From Pseudomonadota bacterium (GTDB taxonomy: Bacteria; Pseudomonadota; Gammaproteobacteria; Burkholderiales; JBFMAC01): a stretch of DNA of 64,000 nucleotides. How positions within the stretch are numbered: position 1 is the stretch's first letter; every line of letters begins with the position of its first letter. This document shows, one piece after another, positions 49,820 through 56,252 of this stretch. The DNA lies in the NCBI GenBank assembly GCA_040756015.1, contig JBFMAC010000004.1:132278-196277 (forward strand). Direction: 5' to 3'. A model generated the notes under the pieces. The model was not told the DNA's origin, ran no database searches, and saw nothing but the letters and a program-made list of their open reading frames with translations. A program made the translations under genes and the position numbers.

Positions 49820-50146
49820 TTAATGCGCCAATGCCCACTCCACCAGGGTGTGGATGTCGGCTTCGTTGACGCGGCCCTTGTGCGGCGGCATGGCGACCTT
49901 GCCCCAGTTGCCGGAGCCGCCTTCCGTTACTTTCTTGGCCAGCGCTGCCGGCGCATCCTGGTTGCCCTTGTATTTTTGTGCGATCTCCTGGAACGAGGGT
50001 CCGAGGATTTTTTTGCTTTCGTCGTGGCAGTTCAGGCAGCCGCTTTTCCGCGCCAGCTTGAGGCCGGCTTCCATGTCTACCGCCGCGTGAACCTGGCTTG
50101 CAAACAGCAGGGCTGCGAAGGCAGCCGTCATCATCGAAGTTTTCAT
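49820..50146 (-). CDS. Periplasmic class I c-type cytochrome (c551/c552-like)
   Basis: Signal peptide MKTSMMTAAFAALLFASQVHA. Haem motif CLNCH. Distal Met in GKVAMPPH. Confidence 0.85.
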   Translation of the reverse strand: MKTSMMTAAFAALLFASQVHAAVDMEAGLKLARKSGCLNCHDESKKILGPSFQEIAQKYKGNQDAPAALAKKVTEGGSGNWGKVAMPPHKGRVNEADIHTLVEWALAH

Positions 50147-50237
50147 GTCGTCCTCCTTATTGTTGATTGGATAGTCCGTCATTATTTCCTACACCAGGGT
50201 AGGTGCAAGTAAAATGCACCAAATGCTCGTTGTGCGT

Positions 50238-50253
50238 TTTGATTTAAATCAAA
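50238..50253. promoter_or_regulatory. FNR/CRP-family operator (perfect TTGAT-N4-ATCAA)
   Basis: 16-bp perfect palindrome TTTGATTTAAATCAAA in the divergent cytochrome c / cysG-like intergenic region. Its centre is about 100 nt upstream of the cytochrome c ATG. Confidence 0.5.
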
Positions 50254-50275
50254 CGGCATGAGATCAGGAGCGGTG

Positions 50276-51247
50276 ATGGATTATCTTCCGATTTTCATGG
50301 ATGTGCGCGGCCGGTGCTGCGTGGTGGTGGGTGGAGGCGAGGTGGCGGCGCGCAAGGTGGCCATGCTGTTGCGCGCGGGCGCGCGCGTGACGGTGGTTTC
50401 GCCGCAACTGGTCGACGAATTGGAGCAGCGCAAACGTGGTGGTGAACTGGCCCACATCGATGCGACTTTTTCTCCCGCTTGCTTGGACGACGCAGTGCTG
50501 GTGATTGCCGCCACCGATGACAATGCCGCCAATCGGGCCGTCCATCAGGCTGCGCTGCAACGCCGCCTCCCGGTCAACGTCGTGGATGCACTGGAACTGT
50601 GTAGTTTCATCATGCCCTCGGTGCTGGATCGGTCACCGTTGTTGGTGGCGTTTTCCAGCGGCGGGCGCTTCCCCATGCTGACGCGCTGGCTGCGCGCCCG
50701 TCTCGAGACGCTGATTCCATCGGGTTATGGCAAGTTGGCACAGGTTGCCGGCGAATTGCGTGACGAGGTGCGCCGCCGCTTGCCGCAGCCGGAAAGCAGG
50801 CGGGCCTTCTGGCGCGAGGTACTGGAAGGCACCATCCCCGAGCGGGCGTCGTCCGACGATGCCGGGTCGGTAAGGTTGGCCATGCTCGACACACTGGAAA
50901 AAGCCGGCGGGGGGCAAAACACGGGCGAAGTCTGCTGGGTGGGGGTCGCTTCGCCGGAGCCGGATTTGCTGACTTTCCGCGCTTTGCGACTGATGCAGCG
51001 TGCTGACGTGGTTTTTTACGATCGCGCAGTAGGGAAGGGCGTGCTTGACTTGGTACGGCGCGATGCCGAGCAGCGTCCTGTTGCGGGGGGGGCGGTGGAT
51101 GATGTTATCGAGGCCATGCTTGCGCTGGCATGCGAGGGCAGGCATGTGTTGCGCCTGGCGGACGCCGAGGAGGGGGCGGAAAGGTTGCGCGAGCGCTGTA
51201 TCGCTGTAGGCATTCCTTGCCTAGTGTCGGGCATGCCCAAAAAATAA
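50276..51247 (+). CDS. Siroheme-synthase-like protein: precorrin-2 dehydrogenase/ferrochelatase domain plus truncated, degenerate methylase remnant
   Basis: MDYLPIFMDVRGRCCVVVGGGEVAARK (CysG N-terminal Rossmann). The C-terminal ~110 aa align to the start of the SUMT domain, but GAGPGD is replaced by GVASPEPD and the domain ends early. Confidence 0.75.
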   Translation: MDYLPIFMDVRGRCCVVVGGGEVAARKVAMLLRAGARVTVVSPQLVDELEQRKRGGELAHIDATFSPACLDDAVLVIAATDDNAANRAVHQAALQRRLPVNVVDALELCSFIMPSVLDRSPLLVAFSSGGRFPMLTRWLRARLETLIPSGYGKLAQVAGELRDEVRRRLPQPESRRAFWREVLEGTIPERASSDDAGSVRLAMLDTLEKAGGGQNTGEVCWVGVASPEPDLLTFRALRLMQRADVVFYDRAVGKGVLDLVRRDAEQRPVAGGAVDDVIEAMLALACEGRHVLRLADAEEGAERLRERCIAVGIPCLVSGMPKK

Positions 51248-51272
51248 GAGCGGCTCCGAAGAGCCGCTCTTA
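51238..51272 (-). terminator. Rho-independent terminator read on the minus strand
   Basis: TAAGAGCGGCTC-CGAA-GAGCCGCTCTTA, a 12-bp stem. On the minus strand it is followed by TTTTTT. It lies 58 nt downstream of the small ORF stop and directly after the cysG-like stop. Confidence 0.65.
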
Positions 51273-51329
51273 CCATGTCGAAGATGCAGAATAAGTTGCT
51301 AAGGCTGGGGGAGGCAGACCTTGAACGTC

Positions 51330-51464
51330 CTAGACGTGCATCTTCATCATGTAAGCACCCACGATAAACACATAAGTCGACACGACGCTGACCAAGGCAA
51401 CAAGCAGGGTCATCCCGGCGCCGGGGGTGCTTTTCTTGGGCCGCGAATTTCCAGTGTTTTTCAT
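51330..51464 (-). CDS. Small hydrophobic peptide (44 aa), unannotated in the ORF track
   Basis: GGAGAaacttgATG. MKNTGNSRPKKSTPGAGMTLLVALVSVVSTYVFIVGAYMMKMHV: a basic N-terminus plus one TM helix. Bracketed by a sigma-54 promoter match and a terminator. Confidence 0.4.
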   Translation of the reverse strand: MKNTGNSRPKKSTPGAGMTLLVALVSVVSTYVFIVGAYMMKMHV

Positions 51465-51527
51465 CAAGTTTCTCCTTGTCATTACTCGTACCAATCAACC
51501 TATGAGGTTGTGTCCGCACCTCTATAA

Positions 51528-51542
51528 GCAATGTATGTGCCA
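51528..51542 (-). promoter_or_regulatory. Sigma-54 (-24/-12) promoter candidate
   Basis: Minus strand reads CTGGCACATACATTGCTT, i.e. TGGCAC-N5-TTGC. It lies about 65 nt upstream of the small-ORF ATG. Confidence 0.55.
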
Positions 51543-51682
51543 GGATATAAATATCAATAAAAACAATGGATAAATCCGTGCCTAGGGAATGTTGAGGCGG
51601 TTGTACAAGACTATATCGTTGCCATTCGACGACAAACAAAGTCAGGCAAACTTTAACAAGCTGTATTTATTGGTTATTTTTG

Positions 51683-51700
51683 TGTCGTTATTTTGCGACA
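51683..51700. promoter_or_regulatory. Inverted repeat TGTCG-N8-CGACA, possible enhancer-binding-protein site
   Basis: TGTCGTTATTTTGCGACA about 150 bp upstream of the sigma-54 element in an AT-rich tract. The spacing does not match the NifA TGT-N10-ACA site. Confidence 0.25.
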
Positions 51701-51722
51701 GATTCACGCTGGTCGCGTTTGG

Positions 51723-52270
51723 TCACGCCTGCCGGACGGACGGAGGCTCTATCGTGTCGATGTGGAAAGGGTATCTGCCGGTTTTGCGGTCAACGTAATA
51801 GCGCCTGAGCGCCTGCCGTATACAGTTAAACGCGAGCTCATTCCAAGGAATGTCGACCTCCGCAAACAGTTTTACTTCCAGCGACTCCGTGCCGGGGCCG
51901 AAGTCCAGGTCAAGCAGCCTGCTGCGGAACAACATATACACTTGGTCGATATGGGGCAGGTTGTATAAGGCATACAAGTCCCCGATCTCGACGCGCGCGT
52001 GGGCTTCTTCCAGTGTTTCCCGCAGCGCGCCCTGGGTCACGGTTTCGCTGTTTTCCATGAAACCGGCCGGCACCGTCCATAAACCGTAGCGCGGTTCGAT
52101 GGCGCGCCGGCACAGGAGTATCTTGTCCTGCCATTCCGGGATGCAGCCGACGACGATCTTGGGGTTTTGGTAATGGATGGTGTGGCAGTATCGCAGACGT
52201 AACGCGGCAGAGAATCCCCTTCGGGTATTTTCAGCGTTACCGGGGCGCGGCAATGGCTGCAAAAATTCAT
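51723..52270 (-). pseudogene. Zinc-ribbon Nudix hydrolase interrupted by a 1-nt frameshift
   Basis: [28 protein letters not shown] (frame of ORF 52037-52282) continues as [15 protein letters not shown]...[21 protein letters not shown] (ORF 51723-52262). The shift falls near 52186-52192, inside the second CxxC pair. Confidence 0.7.
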
Positions 52271-52406
52271 GGGCAATTCCAAATTTGTACAGCCCTAATC
52301 ATAGTGGAACGGGAGCAATCAAAAAAGTGGTGATGATGTGGCAGGGTGCCTTGAGAAAAATTGCCGTCCACATTATGGTTACGCTTCTTGATGCAAAAGG
52401 AGCGGC

Positions 52407-52615
52407 ATGGAAGAACAACGCGTACATCCACGATTCCGGTTTCATGGCGGGCCGTGATCCAGCTGGCGCAAGGGGTGGCGGCGACACGGATCAGCGGGAT
52501 GATCAAGGTGTTTCCCTGGGCGGGGTCTGCTTCCTGTGACCTGTCCCCCATTTTCAGTACCAGTCTGAAGTCAGTAAAGTCCGCTTTTTGCGTGCACGGC
52601 GGAAATCTCTGAAAC
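52407..52615 (+). pseudogene. Possible decayed PilZ-domain gene (multiple frameshifts)
   Basis: AAGGAGcggcATG, then MEEQRVHPRFRFHGGP* (RxxxR). Neighbouring frames read AVIQLAQGVAATRISGMIK and then VSLGGVCFL (DxSxxG-like). Needs at least 3 single-base corrections, so this is speculative. Confidence 0.25.
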
Positions 52616-52821
52616 AATTCGGACGGGGACGTTGCGGCTGCCCGCTAACCTGGTGGGGCACGGGTCGGCAATGCTAACAGTGGTGCAAGTGATCCTTGTG
52701 GACGCGAAATCGCTGGCCAGGTATGCGAAGGCGTGGAAAATGGCGATGTCCCCATTACCGTTAAATTTCGATCCCGTTCGATGCGGTTATCATTGCAGCC
52801 ATTCCTTGTGAGGGGCTTGTC

Positions 52822-53589
52822 GTGCCTGTAGTCTTGCGCGGGTTCGTTGTCGCGGCGCTGGCCTGTTTTGGCCTGATTGGTTCTCCGTCATCCTGGGGGG
52901 GCGAGGTGCGCGCGGCGGTGGCGTCGAATTTCGCCGCTCCGGCGCGGCAGATCGCCGTGCTGTTCCATCAAGAAACCGGGCATACGGTAGAACTCAGCTT
53001 CGGTTCTAGCGGCAAGTTCTATGCGCAGATCAAGTCTGGCGCGCCGTTTGATGTGTTGCTCGCGGCAGATGAGAAGTATGCGATGCTGCTGGAGCAGGAG
53101 GGACTGGCGGTTGCCGGTTCGCGTTTGACCTATGCCGTGGGCAGGCTGGTGTTATGGAGCGCACGGAGAGGGGTCGTGGATGGCAAAGGCGAGGTATTGC
53201 GCAGTGGCGCTTATCGCAGGCTGGCCATTGCCGACCCCAGACTCGCGCCTTACGGCGTGGCCGCTCAAGAGGTGCTGGAACAGATGGGGTTGTGGAGTTC
53301 GGTGCGTGACAGGTTGGTGATGGGCGAAAATATCACGCAGGTCTACCAGTTTTCCGCGACTGGCAATGTCGAACTGGCTTTTGTCGCGCTGTCGCAGATC
53401 ACCAGGGGTGGCAAGATGACGGCAGGATCGGGATGGATCGTGCCCGCGCAGATGTATCATCCGATCAAACAAAGCGCAGTGCAGTTGACCGACGCAAAAG
53501 ACAAGGTGGCTGCGCAGGCATTCCTCGCTTTCTTGAAGAGCGCCAGTGCCGTCGCGATCATTCGCAATTTCGGATACGAATTGCCCTGA
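52822..53589 (+). CDS. modA: Molybdate ABC transporter periplasmic binding protein
   Basis: GTG start and signal peptide. FGSSGKFYAQIKSGAPFDVLLAAD motif. Confidence 0.9.
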   Translation: MPVVLRGFVVAALACFGLIGSPSSWGGEVRAAVASNFAAPARQIAVLFHQETGHTVELSFGSSGKFYAQIKSGAPFDVLLAADEKYAMLLEQEGLAVAGSRLTYAVGRLVLWSARRGVVDGKGEVLRSGAYRRLAIADPRLAPYGVAAQEVLEQMGLWSSVRDRLVMGENITQVYQFSATGNVELAFVALSQITRGGKMTAGSGWIVPAQMYHPIKQSAVQLTDAKDKVAAQAFLAFLKSASAVAIIRNFGYELP

Positions 53590-53595
53590 GCACGC

Positions 53596-54288
53596 ATGAA
53601 CGCACTTGACCCATCCGACCTGCAAGCCGTGTGGTTGACGCTCAAACTGGCGAGCGTGACCACGCTGCTGTTGTTACTGATCGCCACGCCGCTGGCGTGG
53701 TGGCTGGCGCACAGCAGTCGCTGGTACAGGCACATCATCGCGGCACTGGTCGCTTTGCCGCTGGTGTTACCGCCCACGGTACTGGGCTTCTATCTACTGC
53801 TGCTGCTCGGGCCACAAGGCATAGTAGGCGGGATTACCCAAGCCTTGAACCTCGGCACTTTGCCATTCACTTTTGCCGGTCTGTTGGTTGGTTCGGTGCT
53901 GTTTTCGTTGCCGTTCGCGGTGCAGCCTATCCAGAACGCATTCGAGGCGATGGGTAAACGTCCGCTGGAGGTTGCGGCGACCTTGCGCGCGAATGCTTGG
54001 GATCGTTTCGTCAGCGTGGCCTTGCCGCTGGCGCGGCCGGGCTTCCTTGCCGCGACTATCCTCGCTTTTGCGCACACGGTCGGCGAATTCGGCGTGGTGC
54101 TGATGCTGGGCGGCAACATTCCCGGCGAGACACGGGTGCTCTCGGTTGCCATTTACGGCCATGTCGAGGCGCTGGAATACGGCCCAGCACACTGGCTTGC
54201 GGGTGGCATGGTGCTGTTTTCCTTTCTCGTGCTGCTGGCGCTCTATCTTGCGGGGGGCAAACGGATGGTAAAGCCCCCGGGTTCATGA
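53596..54288 (+). CDS. modB: Molybdate ABC transporter permease
   Basis: Five or more TM helices. EAA-loop-like region ([25 protein letters not shown]). Confidence 0.92.
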   Translation: MNALDPSDLQAVWLTLKLASVTTLLLLLIATPLAWWLAHSSRWYRHIIAALVALPLVLPPTVLGFYLLLLLGPQGIVGGITQALNLGTLPFTFAGLLVGSVLFSLPFAVQPIQNAFEAMGKRPLEVAATLRANAWDRFVSVALPLARPGFLAATILAFAHTVGEFGVVLMLGGNIPGETRVLSVAIYGHVEALEYGPAHWLAGGMVLFSFLVLLALYLAGGKRMVKPPGS

Positions 54289-54289
54289 A

Positions 54290-55360
54290 ATGAGCGGAAT
54301 CAGCGCACGCTTTTCCCTGCAACGCGAAGGCTTCTTGCTGGAAGCCACGTTTGCTGCGCCAGCCGCGGGCATCACCGCGCTGTTTGGTCCTTCCGGTTCC
54401 GGCAAGACCATGCTGCTGCGCTGCATTGCCGGGCTGGAGTGCGCGCATGGATCATTGCAGGTGAACGGTGAAACATGGCAGGACGACACGGTTTTCTTGC
54501 CTACGCATAAACGCCCCCTGGGCTATGTGTTCCAGGAGGCCAGCCTGTTCCCGCACCTTTCGGTGCGGGCCAATCTGGAATATGGTTACAAGCGTATCGC
54601 GGTATCCGAGCGCAAGGTCGAGTTGGAACAGGTGGTGGAGTGGCTGGGGTTGGCGCGCCTCATCGAGCGCGGTGACCCGATGCAGCTCTCCGGCGGAGAA
54701 CGCCAGCGTGTCGCCATCGGCCGCGCGTTGCTCGTCAGTCCGAAACTCCTGCTGATGGACGAACCGCTTTCCGCGCTCGATACCAGGAGTAAGCAGGACA
54801 TCCTGCCGTACCTGGAGCATCTGCATCGCGAGTTGAGCATTCCCGTGCTCTACGTCAGCCATGCGCTCGACGAAGTGGCGCGGCTGGCCGACCATCTGGT
54901 ATTGCTGGAGCAGGGCAAGGTCATTGTCAGCGGCGCCCTCGGCGAGACGCTGGCGCGGCTCGATCTGCCCACTGCGCACGTCGACGACGCCGGCGCAGTG
55001 GTCGAGGCGACGGTGGCGCAGCACGACGAAGCCTATCACCTTACGCGCGTGGATTTTTCCGGCGGCAGCCTGTGGGTGGGTAAAGTGGATCAGCCGTTCG
55101 GTACGCGCGTACGTGCCCGTGTGCTGGCGCGTGACGTGAGCATAGCCACGCAGGCGCCGCAGGGCAGCAGTATCAGCAATATTCTGAATGCGCGTATCGA
55201 AGAAATACGCGACGAGGGGCCGGACAAGGTGATCGTGCGCGTGCAGGTGGGCGATGCGCAGACGCTGTTGTCGCGTATCACGCGCCGCTCGCGCGATCAT
55301 CTTGGACTGACGGCAGGGATGCATGTATGTGCGCAGGTCAAGAGCGTGGCACTGATGTAG
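54290..55360 (+). CDS. modC: Molybdate ABC transporter ATPase with C-terminal TOBE domain
   Basis: GPSGSGKT, LSGGERQRVAIGRAL, LLLMDEP. C-terminal TOBE-like region (NILNARIEEI...VCAQVKSVAL). Confidence 0.92.
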   Translation: MSGISARFSLQREGFLLEATFAAPAAGITALFGPSGSGKTMLLRCIAGLECAHGSLQVNGETWQDDTVFLPTHKRPLGYVFQEASLFPHLSVRANLEYGYKRIAVSERKVELEQVVEWLGLARLIERGDPMQLSGGERQRVAIGRALLVSPKLLLMDEPLSALDTRSKQDILPYLEHLHRELSIPVLYVSHALDEVARLADHLVLLEQGKVIVSGALGETLARLDLPTAHVDDAGAVVEATVAQHDEAYHLTRVDFSGGSLWVGKVDQPFGTRVRARVLARDVSIATQAPQGSSISNILNARIEEIRDEGPDKVIVRVQVGDAQTLLSRITRRSRDHLGLTAGMHVCAQVKSVALM

Positions 55361-55569
55361 GTGTGCCGAGCACACGCCCCCGTCGTGGAAACGAGCACAA
55401 TGAAATTCCACGCTTGCGGCCAGGCCCGAGGATGGCTGCTCGATGGGGTGGTCAACATACCCAAGGACTATCGGCTTTTATGGGATTTGCAGGGTATGAT
55501 CGTGAGTATCACAATCATCATATTTTTGTGCGGCAGACTCTGAGTTTCTGGCAGGGACTGGTGAATTTC

Positions 55570-55644
55570 TGGCGTCCCGGACAGGAATCGAACCTGTAAC
55601 TGGGCCTTAGGAGGGCCCCGTTATATCCATTTAACTACCGGGAC
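55570..55644 (-). tRNA. tRNA-Arg (anticodon CCT), CCA encoded
   Basis: Reverse complement folds as acceptor GTCCCGG/CCGGGAC, anticodon stem GGGCC/GGCCC with loop CTCCTAA, T arm ACAGG-TTCGATT-CCTGT. Confidence 0.92.
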
Positions 55645-55710
55645 GGCGGGTGTTATTTTACCGTAAGCGTCGTGGCTGCGCGCGGCACGCGCAAAGTATT
55701 GAGGAGAACG

Positions 55711-56250
55711 ATGATGAAATGGGCGATACTTGCAACGGCATTGTGTGCCGTCGGCTTCATGGTGTGGAGCTACCGCGCTGGCGCGGGCGAGGTACCGGCG
55801 TCGGGTAGCGTTGCCCCGGATTTTTCGCTGCCGGACCAGAGTGGGCAGACTCATGCGCTGAGCGATTATCGTGGCAAGTGGCTGGTGCTGTATTTCTATC
55901 CCAAAGACGATACGCCGGGTTGCACGCAGGAAGCCTGCGCTTTTCGTGATGACTTACACAAGATCACCGCGCTGGGCGCGCAGGTGGTGGGCATCAGTGT
56001 GGACGACACCAACTCGCACGCCGAATTCGCCAGGAAGTACCACCTGCCGTTTCCCTTGCTGGCCGACCGCAGCACCGAGGTGGCTAAACAATACGGTGCG
56101 CTGATGAACCTTGGCTTCATCAAGGTGGCAAAGCGTTACACCTTCCTGATCGACCCGCAGGGGCGCATCGCCAAGGTCTACCTGAAAGTCGAGACTTCGC
56201 GCCATTCGCAGGAAATCATCGACGATCTGCAACAATTGACAGTGAAGTAG
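55711..56250 (+). CDS. bcp: Thiol peroxidase / peroxiredoxin (Bcp, AhpC/TSA family) with signal-anchor
   Basis: APDFSLPDQSG...LVLYFYPKDDTPGCTQEAC peroxidatic Cys motif. Confidence 0.88.
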   Translation: MMKWAILATALCAVGFMVWSYRAGAGEVPASGSVAPDFSLPDQSGQTHALSDYRGKWLVLYFYPKDDTPGCTQEACAFRDDLHKITALGAQVVGISVDDTNSHAEFARKYHLPFPLLADRSTEVAKQYGALMNLGFIKVAKRYTFLIDPQGRIAKVYLKVETSRHSQEIIDDLQQLTVK

Positions 56251-56252
56251 CC

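Noticed and set aside
52620-52821. Looked for a molybdenum-cofactor riboswitch or a ModE operator upstream of modA, and upstream of mobB/moaDE at 59436-59542.
   Set aside because: I could not find the conserved Moco-riboswitch blocks or a convincing ModE-type TATAT-N7-TAYAT palindrome. Only weak CGTTAAAT-like words are present. A covariance-model scan (Rfam Moco_RNA_motif) would be decisive.
55496-55518. Inverted repeat ATGATCGTGA-GTA-TCACAATCAT considered as a CRP/cAMP-receptor site, given the cNMP genes in the window.
   Set aside because: The GTGA/TCAC halves are 3 nt apart rather than the 6 nt of TGTGA-N6-TCACA. Because a T-run follows, it is more simply a weak terminator after modC, and the stem is AT-rich, so it is not listed as a feature.
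55361-55569. Region between modC and tRNA-Arg inspected for integrase remnants or att-like direct repeats of the tRNA 3-prime end. ORF 55361-55543 was also considered.
   Set aside because: No duplicate of the tRNA 3-prime segment and no integrase-like translation was found. The ORF has no recognisable features.
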